A stretch of 64,000 nt of DNA from Acidobacteriota bacterium (GTDB lineage Bacteria > Acidobacteriota > UBA890 > WLXD01): the NCBI GenBank assembly GCA_963666055.2, contig CAXWPH010000012.1:384001-448000 (forward strand), in the 5' to 3' direction. Numbering within the stretch: the stretch's first letter is position 1; every line of letters starts with the position of its first letter. The translations under genes were made by a program, and so were the position numbers. Below, in pieces: positions 39,657 through 49,622 of the stretch. The notes below the pieces were generated by a model. That model made no database searches. It had not been told where the DNA came from and saw nothing but the letters and a program-made list of their open reading frames with translations.

Positions 39657-41726
39657 ATGGCCAAGTATCACGTTGTCCTAGCAAGGCAAGCTAGCTCCTT
39701 CGCCGCAATCATGCTGTTGGCAGGCCTTTCTCACGCCGGCGGGCAGCTGTCCCCGACCGAAAGCCAGATCCTGAGCGCTCTGGATAGCGACAGGACCATC
39801 GCCCTCACCCGCCGTCTCTCGGAGGAACTCGTCAAGAACGACTCGGGTGCGGGTGCCGGCTCGGCCATCGCTGGCAGCGCCGATGAGCGCCTCTTGGCCG
39901 GCTTCATCGAGGCGGAGATGAAGCGGCTAGGTCTGGAGGTGCGGCGGGAGAGCTTCCCCGTGCACGCCTATGACTACGGCGAAGTGTCGCTGATCGCCGC
40001 TGGGAAAAGGCTCCCCGCGATCACCCTGCACACCGCCGCCGGTACCTCGGGTGCAGCCGAGGGAGTGCCCTATTCGAAGGGCAACACCGCGGGCGGAAGG
40101 ACACTGCGGACGAAGCTGGTAGACGCCGAGGATGGGTTTGCCTCGGACTATGCGAAGCTGGACGAAGTGCGGGGCAAAGCGGTACTCGTGCGCCGGCCAG
40201 GATGGCCCAGCGGCTACGTGGTGATGGAAGCGGCACAGCGGGGAGCCTCCGCCATCCTGTTCTACGACTATGGCAATTACAGCGGTGACTCGCCGGAAGA
40301 CGCGTTGCAGCAGATGACCCTCGCGTATCGTGACCCGATCCCTGCAGTGACGATCAGCAACCGCGATGCCGCATGGCTCAAGGAGCGGCTTGCCGAGGGC
40401 CAGGTGATGATCGAGCTGGAGAACCGGGTCGATGTCGACTACGGCTTTTCCGAGAACGTCATCGGCATGTTACGGGGCAGGGAGTATCCCGACGAGTGGA
40501 TCGTGGTCTCGGCACACCATGACCGCTGGTTCCAAGGAGCCCAGGATGACAGCGTTGGTGTGGCCGTCATGCTGGAGCTGGCCCGCGTGATCTCGGAAGG
40601 TTATCGACCGCGGCGCAGCTTCTTGTTCATTGCCTTTGGAAGCGAAGAAGTTGGGGGACTGTGGACCCAGTACGACTGGCTGGCGGGTTCCCATGCGTTC
40701 ATCCGGGCTCACCCCGAGGTCACCTCGCGACTGGCCTACGCCTTCAACGTCGATGGCGCCGGGTGGTCGGGGCGTGAGGGCCGAGTGTATGCAACCCTCG
40801 ACCAGGTTGCCTTGCAGCGCGAATTGCTGGCGGAACTCGATCTTCAGGATCGGGTGACGGTGCGAGCGGGTGTGGCCAGATGGAACGACGCCTGGTCGCT
40901 CGGAGGCGTCCGGGGCGGAGCGGTCTCATATCTCTCCTGGGAGGGTGAATTCGGTCGCTACTACCACACGGAGCATGATGTCTACCGTGCCGAGGACTAC
41001 ACAAACCTGATCGACGACCTGCGGCTCGGAGCACTCGGCGTGCTTCGGGTCGATCAATCGGTCGTTTTGCCAATTCGTTTCTCGGACGTCGCCGACTGGG
41101 TTAGTGGGCAACTCCGGAGCATAGAAGCGAGGCTCTCCGACGTTGCCGGGCCGTCCGAGCTGCTCCGCGAGGCTCAGAAGGGAGCCGACATGCTACGTAC
41201 GCAGGCCGACAAGGCAGAGGCGGCCTATTCGTCGATAGGTGATGCCGCTGATGCAACGTTGCTGAACGCCTTGCTGATGAACACCCGCCACGACCTCGTT
41301 CCTTGGCTACTCAACACAGAAGAGCGCCTGCGAGGAAGCCGCTACGCGGAAGACTTCGCCGCTCTCCAGAGGGCTCGTCTTGCTGCTGCAGCAGGGGATA
41401 CGGAGGCAGCGGCGAGGGCACTCGAGGAAGTCAACACGATGCTGTGGGGCAAGCGGGTCTCAACGGTGACCTACCGCGCAGAAAGACTGCTCTCCTACGA
41501 GCCGATCGGTTGGATGTGGGAGTTTGACCAGCACCCGCGTCCAGTCAGTCCGGAACTCCACACTATCTACTCGCAGCTCAGGGTGGGCGGCAGTAGTTCA
41601 GGTCTGGTCTCCAGGATCACCAGGCTCGAGGCGCAGGCGGAGGGCTCGCTGCGCGAGGCGCTGTTCATAGTGGGCGGCAAACTCCGGGAAGCCGCAAGCA
41701 AGCTTGCCGAGGCTCCGCTACCGTGA
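39657..41726 (+). CDS. M28 family metallopeptidase with PA domain (copy A)
   Basis: ENVIG...G...PDEWIVVSAHHD, GAQDD, GSEE, NVD, YYHTEHD. Confidence 0.85.
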   Translation: MAKYHVVLARQASSFAAIMLLAGLSHAGGQLSPTESQILSALDSDRTIALTRRLSEELVKNDSGAGAGSAIAGSADERLLAGFIEAEMKRLGLEVRRESFPVHAYDYGEVSLIAAGKRLPAITLHTAAGTSGAAEGVPYSKGNTAGGRTLRTKLVDAEDGFASDYAKLDEVRGKAVLVRRPGWPSGYVVMEAAQRGASAILFYDYGNYSGDSPEDALQQMTLAYRDPIPAVTISNRDAAWLKERLAEGQVMIELENRVDVDYGFSENVIGMLRGREYPDEWIVVSAHHDRWFQGAQDDSVGVAVMLELARVISEGYRPRRSFLFIAFGSEEVGGLWTQYDWLAGSHAFIRAHPEVTSRLAYAFNVDGAGWSGREGRVYATLDQVALQRELLAELDLQDRVTVRAGVARWNDAWSLGGVRGGAVSYLSWEGEFGRYYHTEHDVYRAEDYTNLIDDLRLGALGVLRVDQSVVLPIRFSDVADWVSGQLRSIEARLSDVAGPSELLREAQKGADMLRTQADKAEAAYSSIGDAADATLLNALLMNTRHDLVPWLLNTEERLRGSRYAEDFAALQRARLAAAAGDTEAAARALEEVNTMLWGKRVSTVTYRAERLLSYEPIGWMWEFDQHPRPVSPELHTIYSQLRVGGSSSGLVSRITRLEAQAEGSLREALFIVGGKLREAASKLAEAPLP

Positions 41727-41871
41727 GCACTCATCTCTCTAATTGGAAGAGCCGCTTGACTCCATAGAGGAAGGAATGATCGGCTTGTCGAGCTTCACGC
41801 GCTGGTCGACCCATCCCTCCGTGATGTTCCCCGACACTGGCCAAAACCAGATTGGTAGCGGTACCGTTACG

Positions 41872-41922
41872 CTGATCCTCAACTGGTTCGACGAGCTGAA
41901 GCGGCTCGTGGCGACGGATCCG
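41872..41922 (+). pseudogene. C-terminal remnant of a kinase/TolB-like propeller protein
   Basis: LILNWFDELKRLV, the characteristic terminus of acidobacterial kinase-PD40 proteins. Confidence 0.5.
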
Positions 41923-42182
41923 GACTGGTGGAGTATCCGGGTTTGCGGGATACCAGGTCATGATGGGCGCTACCCGTCGATTGGGCAGAGGATCCCTGGA
42001 GAAAGCCGCGAAGCCGTGCTTGAATTCCGATGGCGTGAGACGTCGAACTATGGCCGAATACTCCTATGCATCGAAGGAGCCGTACTCGATTGATGCTCGT
42101 CGCTGGCAGCGATTAGAGTGCGCATGGCTCAGGACGCGCCAACTCCTCAGAGTGCATCGGCGGAGAGAGCTTGGAGGGCGGG

Positions 42183-43502
42183 ATGAGCAAGAAAGAGGAA
42201 GGCAACAAGTCGACCCGGCGTGACTTGGCGCGCAGCGCCGTTGTTGCGTACACCGCCGCCGCCATGGGGTTGCCAAGGAACCTGCTTGCCAGGGATATTC
42301 TAGATACGGGCCAGATGGGCGGCGGGGGATCGGGCGCCGCAGGGTGGCTAAAAAACACTGTTGCCGCGGAGTACTACACGGACGCAGAGCGCTACGCGTT
42401 CGATGAGCGCTTGGTGGCCGATCATTTCTGGCTCATGGCCGATCACGAAAGCAGGATTCCCGACCCGGGCGACTACTTCGCCTTCGAATACGGGCGCAGC
42501 GACAGCATCATCATCCTGCGCGATGACGCCGGCGCGGTGCGCGCTTACTACAACGTCTGCCGCCATCGTGGATCAAGGCTTTGTCGCCACGAAGCCGACG
42601 CCGTCCCGCAGGATGAACGCCTGTCGGTTCGACAGCTCGGGCAGACGGGCAACACGCCGGTCTTCCGATGCCCGTACCACGCCTGGACCTACGACCTCAG
42701 CGGCAAGCTCGTCTATGCCTATGGCATGCAGGAAGACTTCGACCCAGCGGAGAACGGTCTCATCCCCTGCCACGTCCGCTCAGCAGACGGCTTCATCTTC
42801 ATCAACCTCTCGCGAGAGCCGGAACCGCCGGAGTTCGAGTCAGCGATCGAGCCCTTCCGCCGCAAAGTGGGCGGAAAACACGGCACCGCACAATTGAAGG
42901 TCGGCGAACGAGTCTTCGTTCCGATGCACGCCAACTGGAAGCTGGCGCTCGAGAACTTCCTGGAGTGCTACCACTGCGGGCCGTCGCACGAGTACCTTTG
43001 CAGGGTGACCCCAAGCATTGACCTCTCGATACCTGAATCTCAAAGGCCTCCGCGAGGGAAGGCTCCGGGCTTCGTCACCGGCACGCTCGACGGCAAGCCG
43101 GCGGCACCGTTGCTGCCCGCCTTTGAGCGCAGAGAAATAACGTCGAGCCAAACGGCGACGGCTTGGTCGACCGGTTACTGGCTTGGCTACGACGATTACG
43201 TCTTCGCGGTTCGATTCACCCCCCGTGATGTCGACCTCACTGACGTGGAATGCCTCTGGCTCGTGCACCCGGATGCGAAGCGAGGCGTGGATTACGATGC
43301 GGAGAGGCTGAAGGAGTTGTGGTTCGTCACGCTCCTCGAGGATATCTGGTTGTGCGAGAACAACCACGCCGGCATCTGCTCAGGCGCCTACGGGCCCGGG
43401 CGCTACTCCACCCATGAGATTGGCCGGATCTTGCCGGCTAATTTCATCCACTGGTACATGAACGCCGTAGCGGGTGACGTCGGGCCAGCGCTGCCATACT
43501 GA
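42183..43502 (+). CDS. Rieske non-heme iron oxygenase alpha subunit (GbcA/choline monooxygenase-like) with twin-arginine-like leader
   Basis: NVCRHRGS, CPYHAWTY, NWKL..ENFLECYHC...H, ED...CE. Confidence 0.85.
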   Translation: MSKKEEGNKSTRRDLARSAVVAYTAAAMGLPRNLLARDILDTGQMGGGGSGAAGWLKNTVAAEYYTDAERYAFDERLVADHFWLMADHESRIPDPGDYFAFEYGRSDSIIILRDDAGAVRAYYNVCRHRGSRLCRHEADAVPQDERLSVRQLGQTGNTPVFRCPYHAWTYDLSGKLVYAYGMQEDFDPAENGLIPCHVRSADGFIFINLSREPEPPEFESAIEPFRRKVGGKHGTAQLKVGERVFVPMHANWKLALENFLECYHCGPSHEYLCRVTPSIDLSIPESQRPPRGKAPGFVTGTLDGKPAAPLLPAFERREITSSQTATAWSTGYWLGYDDYVFAVRFTPRDVDLTDVECLWLVHPDAKRGVDYDAERLKELWFVTLLEDIWLCENNHAGICSGAYGPGRYSTHEIGRILPANFIHWYMNAVAGDVGPALPY

Positions 43503-43650
43503 CGAGCTACGGTGTCCGAGAGAGTGATCTGCGGTGAAGATCTTGCCGCCGGCGAGGGTCCAGTGGGTGCGCGGTTGACCTGAATCTCCGAGTTGCTGCG
43601 TTAGGTAGCGACTGCGGGCAACCCGCGAACTGCGCGGACCGAAGGTGCAC

Positions 43651-43783
43651 ATGAGAGATCGGGATCTTGATCTGGGAATGCACCGGGAGATCACCCGTCG
43701 CGATTTCGTCTCCGGTATCAGCGTAGCGCTGATTGTCCTGTCGCTATCCAGAGCGCTCAGGATCTGGCTTTCGGTCGGGGAGA
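43651..43783. pseudogene. Chimeric junction: SpdH N-terminus (+) fused to a short M28 5' remnant (-)
   Basis: LGMHREITRRDFVSG on the plus strand; SPTESQILSALDSDRTI on the minus strand. Confidence 0.75.
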
Positions 43784-44112
43784 TCACCTCGTACCCGGCG
43801 CCGACGGTCTCCCGCTCAGCGCGCTCCGTAAACAACAGAGGAGGGTGAACCCTACCCCGAGATCCAGCTAGGACAACGTGAAGAGCGGACTCCCCGAGGC
43901 CTGCAACGTACCGTCTATGTCCAACTGCTGCAGGAGGGTGCAGTTACCTGATGTTCCCAAACCCGAGTCTTTCTCGTTTTCGACGGACCAAAGTTGGGGT
44001 ACACCTCATCAGGAGCGCATATGAGATGGGAAGTGGTACAAGTACAAGTCCTCGGGGCAAGCCAGGCGGAACGGCCGCTCATACGCTACTGATCGAGTAT
44101 CGTTGATTGGGA

Positions 44113-44283
44113 CTAACAGGCCGTGTTGAAAGTGTGATGGGTCTGGTTGCGCCGCCAAGGGTGCAGATGCAAGGTGCCGCGCCGGCGATGCCTTGGCGCA
44201 TCGTTCAGGAGCGGCAACGCCGCCTATGTCCCCTTCGCGGCACAACCTCTACGGGCCACCACACTTCCACCACGGCCTGCTAA
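44113..44283. mobile_element. MITE, copy 2
   Basis: CTAA-CAGGCCGTGTTGAAAGTGTG ... CACACTTCCACCACGGCCTG-CTAA; same ends and length as 31031-31202. Confidence 0.75.
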
Positions 44284-44323
44284 AGGTCACCGCGCCGGAA
44301 TACGCATTGCGGAGGAACTGATT

Positions 44324-45940
44324 ATGAAGGATCAGGTGTTGGCGACGATTCGTGGTATCAGCACTCATAGGAAGCCATATTTGTTTACCTCCCTACTCCT
44401 CCTCTCTTCTGCAATAGCCGCAGGACCACAAGTTTCTTCTGCAATGTCCGCAGGAGCGCAAGTTAGGCCAAACATTCTCTACATAGTGGTCGACAACCAA
44501 CCCGCCTCGATCGTGGGGGCTTATGGAAATCCGGATGTCAGGACGCCCAATATCGATCGACTAGCCAACGAAGGAATACGTCTTACGCGTGTTTTCGCCG
44601 TGCACGGATATTGTTCTCCAACACGTGCAACACTGCTGACCGGACTTATGCCTTCTCAACATGGCGTTCACTCCTGGCTAGATAACGGAAAGATAGAGAA
44701 TTGGCCCGAAGATTGGAATGCGATCAGAGAGTATAGAACGTTACCGTACACACTAAGGACTCGAGGATATCAGACATCATTAATCGGCAAATGGCACCTA
44801 GGTCACACACGCCCGCCGGACGGCTGGTTCGATTCTTGGGTGACGTTCGATGGCGGCCTCACCGCCGATTTCTGGTCCACTGAGATCAATGACAACAGCA
44901 GAACGTACAGGTTAGAGGATAAGCACAGTGTCGAGTTCTTTACCGACAAAGCAGTCGCATACTTGGAGGACTATGATCATCAACGGCCCTTCTTCCTGCT
45001 AGTTACATTCAACGGTCCTTATATGCAACCTCCACCGAACCTCGGTCCCGCCAGGAACCCGCATTATGAATACTATAAGGACAAAGAGTTCCCTTCGTTT
45101 CCTAGAAACAGGATCAACGACAGGATACTCGAGCGGTTAAGGCCCCCCTACTCCGGATGGTACGCCAGCTTGGCTCGCATGCATAACGACCAAGCATCGA
45201 TGGCTAATATAGCGTCAGAGAATACGATGGTGGACGATGGTGTCGGCCGTCTGTTGACAGCACTGAAGGAAACCGGACTCGAAGAAGACACGTTAGTGAT
45301 TTACACGAGTGATCAGGGAACCTTCTTCGGACAACATGGCCTTTGGGGCCATCCCGCTAGCACATTTCCAGCGAGCCTCTACGATACGCCGATGAACGTA
45401 CCGTTCATTGCTCGCTATCCAGGCACCATTAAGACAGGGCAAGTAAGTGATCTGCTCGTTGGGCAATACGACCTTATGCCCACAATACTTGATCTGGCTG
45501 GGTTTGGGGATGTGGAAATAGCCAACTCCCCTGGAAGGAGCTTTGCGGAACACCTGGAAGGGAGGAAGCTCGAGGCATGGGCCGATGCCGTGTATATGGA
45601 TGAAGAGGCAACTCGTGCAATCAGAACCGATCGTTATTCCTATTGGAAACGGCTGAAAGGTACGGGTGAGCATGAGCTCTACGATATACAAGAGGATCCT
45701 GAGCAAATGCACGATCTATACGGGACTCCTGGCTACGCCGAAGCGGTTTCGGAACTGGATGGAAAGCTCACCACGTTCTTCGACACCTATTCTGATGTTG
45801 AGTATGATCTTTGGCGGGGCGGCACCGTGAAGGGATCGACCGACCACGTTCGAGTTTTCAAGTCTCTTTACGGTGAGCAGTGGGAGGAGGAGGCAAAAGT
45901 CAAACCAGCCTTTAGAGAGAACAATGGCGTTGTCCAGTAA
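44324..45940 (+). CDS. Cys-type (FGly) sulfatase, copy A
   Basis: PNIL, CSPTRATLLTG, GKWHLG, SDQG..G.HGLWG; RBS GGAGG. Confidence 0.9.
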   Translation: MKDQVLATIRGISTHRKPYLFTSLLLLSSAIAAGPQVSSAMSAGAQVRPNILYIVVDNQPASIVGAYGNPDVRTPNIDRLANEGIRLTRVFAVHGYCSPTRATLLTGLMPSQHGVHSWLDNGKIENWPEDWNAIREYRTLPYTLRTRGYQTSLIGKWHLGHTRPPDGWFDSWVTFDGGLTADFWSTEINDNSRTYRLEDKHSVEFFTDKAVAYLEDYDHQRPFFLLVTFNGPYMQPPPNLGPARNPHYEYYKDKEFPSFPRNRINDRILERLRPPYSGWYASLARMHNDQASMANIASENTMVDDGVGRLLTALKETGLEEDTLVIYTSDQGTFFGQHGLWGHPASTFPASLYDTPMNVPFIARYPGTIKTGQVSDLLVGQYDLMPTILDLAGFGDVEIANSPGRSFAEHLEGRKLEAWADAVYMDEEATRAIRTDRYSYWKRLKGTGEHELYDIQEDPEQMHDLYGTPGYAEAVSELDGKLTTFFDTYSDVEYDLWRGGTVKGSTDHVRVFKSLYGEQWEEEAKVKPAFRENNGVVQ

Positions 45941-46243
45941 GTTCGCGGGCTAAGCGATCCGTCTGAGGAGCGGACGAGTGAACGCCTTGTCGCCGCCGAA
46001 ATACGGTGGCCTTCGCGCTCGGTGAGGCGGCCCCGTAGCCTTCGGGCTGGAGCCTCTGCGGGTCGGCTTCGTCGGCGCCGGGGGCGATGCGGTGCTAAGA
46101 AGCCAGCTGACTGAGAAATCTCAGTGCAGTGAGTAATGAGTTGCGAATCGGTGACTCGCGGTTTCTACGACTACCCGTGGTGGTTGGTTCCCTCGCTGCT
46201 CGCGGGATGCTTCACATATTTGGTGGAAGCTTGGCCGAGTCAG

Positions 46244-46273
46244 TTGACAGCGGCCTCGGTGCGGTGCTAGTAC
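46244..46273 (+). promoter_or_regulatory. Possible sigma70 promoter for the TonB-dependent receptor
   Basis: TTGACA-18 bp-TAGTAC with a TG extension. Confidence 0.3.
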
Positions 46274-46354
46274 CCCCTTCGAAGCATCAACTAGTTTGAC
46301 ATCGGGTGACGGCGTTGCCCACGGCGCGGGCGTTGCCCAGGAGAAAGAGGTGTA

Positions 46355-49234
46355 ATGCGCGCTACGCTCGCCGTCATGACCCTTGCTATGGTGCTGATAC
46401 TCCCCGCGCAGCTGATGGCGCAGGGCGCGCGGACGACCGGAATTATCGCCGGGGAGGTTCGGGACGTGGATGGTGCGGGGCTGCCCGGCGCCACCGCCAC
46501 CATCGAGGGAGACAACCTCATCCAGGAATCTCTCTCGCAGGTAAGCGACGTCGCGGGGGTTTTCCGGTTTCGTAATCTCAGGCCGGGAAGCTACATCGTG
46601 ACGGTCGCACTCACCGGGTTTCAGACGATGGCCTACAACGTCCCGGTGAGCGTCGGCGCAACCTCAGCCGTGATCGCGGAGCTGCAGCTGGCGGGGGTCG
46701 CAGAGACCGTCACTGTGATCTCCGAGACGCCGTTGATCGACGTGGCGTCGGCATCGCTCGCGACGAATTACACGGCGGATCTGCTGGAAAACGTTCCGGT
46801 GGCGCGTGACTTCACCGAGATGACGAACTTCGCCCCTGGTTTCGCCGACAAGGGAGCCTATGGCGCCGGCGGCAACCACGCCGAGGGCACCAGCGTGCAT
46901 CGGGTGGGTGCGGCAACCAACGGCTACCGGCTCAACGGCGTTGACATCACCGAAAACGAATGGGGTGCCGCCTGGGTCAACCCGAACGTGGATACGATCG
47001 CCGAGATCCAGATTGTCGGTATCGGCGCCAGCGTCGAGTACAGCGAGTTCACCGGCGCGATGATCAATATTGTGACCAAGGGGGGCACCAACGAGTTTCA
47101 TGGCACCGGCGCTTTCTACTTCCAGAACGGCGATTTGAGAGCCGACAACTCGCGCGGCATCGTGGATCTGCAGCGCGGAAAGTTCTCCTACGACCGCGAC
47201 CTTTCCGTCACTATCGGTGGCCCGATTGTGCGCAACAAGGCGCTCTTCTTTGCCAGCGCCGCCCGTCAAGAAACGCTCAAGTCGGTTGTCGCCGACCAGA
47301 TCTGGGTGGACGGTGGAATCTCCGTCGAAGATGCCCAGCAGGGTAACGATAGGTGGACACTGCACGGCAGGCTGGATTTCTTGCTCAACGACTCCAACAC
47401 GCTCGGTTTCATGATCAACTATGATCCGGGCAGAGAGTCCAATAAGGACCTGCGACCAGGTTCGCCGGTCGACATCGGCATGGATAGTAGCTACGGCAGC
47501 ACGACCTTGTTGTTCAGCTGGCAATCCCAACTGGGCGACAACACCTTCACCGATCTCCGCCTCGCAGCCAATAGGGCGGACTACTTGCGCCTCCCGTTCG
47601 TGTGCTGCGAGCTACCCGATTACTGGTACAACGGGTCGAGGAGGATCACCCGGGGCTTCCTGGAGGACGAGGACAACGCCCGCAAAGAGGTCTCGGCAAC
47701 GGTGACCCAGTACGTCGACGACTTCCTGGGCGCCGCGCATGACGTCAAGGTCGGCCTCGGCTACAAGGACAGCTGGGCCAGCTGGCTTGCTAGTTATACC
47801 GGCCTCGGGGGTCTGTTTACCTATGGCTCGTACGTATACGGGTCTGTCTACGACTTTGGCCTCGAGGGCCAACTCCGACCCATGTCAGCCTTTATTCAGG
47901 ATGTCGTTACCCCTAGCGACAACCTCACCCTCAACCTCGGGCTGCGCTATGACCACACGAACGGTTACGAAAGACTCGGTGGGAAGTCAACCGGGAAGGG
48001 TCCGGCGGTAACGTTCAGGAACTTGGCGCCACGCCTTGGTGCAACCTTCGATCTGAGCGGTGATGGCCGTGCCGTTGTGCATAGCAGCTGGGGGCGCTAC
48101 TTCGAAAAGATGACCGTCGGCTTCATCTCTGGCGCTAGCGGCACCGGGTACTCGGACCCATACCAACCCTACTCGTCGTACTTCTTCGTGATACCTGACG
48201 GGTTTTTCCCTGCCGACTACGACCCGCTCAATCCGACCGACGCGCAGTTGTTCGCGCTGCAAGACGCTGTTTTCCGACCCGAAAACCAGACTAGTGTCAG
48301 CGCCGCTATATTTCCGCTCGACCCAAACTTGCAGTCGCTGCACACGGATGTCTGGAACGTCGGATTCGAGTATGAATTCGCCAGAAACTGGGTCGCGGGG
48401 GTCGACTACATCCACAAAGATGACCGCAACATGTTCCGACACAGGAACACCATCGAGCATGTGTACACGCCCTTCGAATTCACCGCCCCCGACGCGACGT
48501 TAGCGGACGGAACCGTGGTGCCCGGGTTGACACAAACGCTCTATTCGAGGGAGAGCGGCGAGTGGGCCCCCATCCGCAGCAACGACGACTTCTATAAGCG
48601 GCAGCACGACATCGTGATGCTGACGCTGGACCGACGGCGAACGGGTTCCGGCCTCAACTTCAGCACCTCGCTCGCCTACCAGAACCACAAGGGAACGTTT
48701 AATAATCGCGACGGCGACAGCGTCTGGGGTGGGGGCTTCGACGCAGCAAACAACCCGAACTTCAGGGGCCACCCGTTCGCCGAGTCTGGTCCGTTGGGCT
48801 TCAGCAGGAAGTGGAGCTGGAAGGTGCTGGGCAACTACAGGCTGCCTGGAGGCATCCTCGCGGGTATGTACTGGAACCTGGCGTCGGGTCGGCCATGGAA
48901 CCTCACGATCAGGCACGGACTCAGGGGGATTCCCCAGTTGCTCACCGCCAACTACAGCACTACGGCCATCGAGCCGGTCCGCAGCAGGACGTGGGACTCG
49001 CATAAGCAGCTCGATCTGCGGCTCTCGAAGTCCTTTGATATGGGGAGTAGTAGCCGGCTAGAGGTGATGGTCGACGGATTCAACATGCTCAACGACTTCT
49101 CCCCGACCGGCGTTGAAGGGCGAATCGACCGAACGTTCGTCGTTGCCGGGGGCTCCGCGGTCGGGTCGCCCCGGCGATCAACCTCACTGCTGCCCGGGCG
49201 GCAGTTTCGGTTCGGGGTACGACTCTCCTTCTGA
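46355..49234 (+). CDS. Oar-like TonB-dependent receptor with carboxypeptidase regulatory-like N-domain (copy A)
   Basis: G.V.D..G..LPGA, N.VTKGGTNEFHG, GGPIVRNK, LNLGLRYD, APRLG, C-terminal RLSF. Confidence 0.9.
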   Translation: MRATLAVMTLAMVLILPAQLMAQGARTTGIIAGEVRDVDGAGLPGATATIEGDNLIQESLSQVSDVAGVFRFRNLRPGSYIVTVALTGFQTMAYNVPVSVGATSAVIAELQLAGVAETVTVISETPLIDVASASLATNYTADLLENVPVARDFTEMTNFAPGFADKGAYGAGGNHAEGTSVHRVGAATNGYRLNGVDITENEWGAAWVNPNVDTIAEIQIVGIGASVEYSEFTGAMINIVTKGGTNEFHGTGAFYFQNGDLRADNSRGIVDLQRGKFSYDRDLSVTIGGPIVRNKALFFASAARQETLKSVVADQIWVDGGISVEDAQQGNDRWTLHGRLDFLLNDSNTLGFMINYDPGRESNKDLRPGSPVDIGMDSSYGSTTLLFSWQSQLGDNTFTDLRLAANRADYLRLPFVCCELPDYWYNGSRRITRGFLEDEDNARKEVSATVTQYVDDFLGAAHDVKVGLGYKDSWASWLASYTGLGGLFTYGSYVYGSVYDFGLEGQLRPMSAFIQDVVTPSDNLTLNLGLRYDHTNGYERLGGKSTGKGPAVTFRNLAPRLGATFDLSGDGRAVVHSSWGRYFEKMTVGFISGASGTGYSDPYQPYSSYFFVIPDGFFPADYDPLNPTDAQLFALQDAVFRPENQTSVSAAIFPLDPNLQSLHTDVWNVGFEYEFARNWVAGVDYIHKDDRNMFRHRNTIEHVYTPFEFTAPDATLADGTVVPGLTQTLYSRESGEWAPIRSNDDFYKRQHDIVMLTLDRRRTGSGLNFSTSLAYQNHKGTFNNRDGDSVWGGGFDAANNPNFRGHPFAESGPLGFSRKWSWKVLGNYRLPGGILAGMYWNLASGRPWNLTIRHGLRGIPQLLTANYSTTAIEPVRSRTWDSHKQLDLRLSKSFDMGSSSRLEVMVDGFNMLNDFSPTGVEGRIDRTFVVAGGSAVGSPRRSTSLLPGRQFRFGVRLSF

Positions 49235-49267
49235 TCGGAATACACGCGAGCGGCGCCGTAACCACCT

Positions 49268-49600
49268 CTAAACCCGGTGCCCCTGGTCGAAGGCGGCCTG
49301 GGTGAGACAGACGGCAGCCGCGTCGGAGTTGGCGGTCGTGATACGCCCGAAGCGCTTGCAGCCCCGGACCCAGGGTGCCTGATCGTACGGCCAGTCCCGG
49401 ATCGTAGAGGTCGTTGCCGGCGCCAGCGTAACCGTGTGGCCAGCGGTTGACGGTGATCGCCCGGATATCGCTGGCCGGATCGAAGCCGGCATCCGAAAGC
49501 GCCCGACCCATCTGGTGCCGGATGTTGCGCTCGAAGGGTCTCGAACCGGGTGGTTGGGGGACCATCGAGTTGTAGCACGCCATGACGACGCCACCGGCGG
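49268..49600 (-). pseudogene. SpdH-like C-terminal remnant with internal deletion
   Basis: MACYN joined to FERNIR.Q.GRAL..GFDPA.DI..ITVNRWPHGY; ANSDAAA..LTQAAFDQ. Confidence 0.8.
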
Positions 49601-49622
49601 CGGAGAGAGCTTGGAGGACGTG

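Larger units (their letters stand above)
43730..45957. repeat. Inverted duplication, partner of about 52553-54647
   Basis: Near-identical intergenic and sulfatase sequence in opposite orientation, with two indels. Confidence 0.9.
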
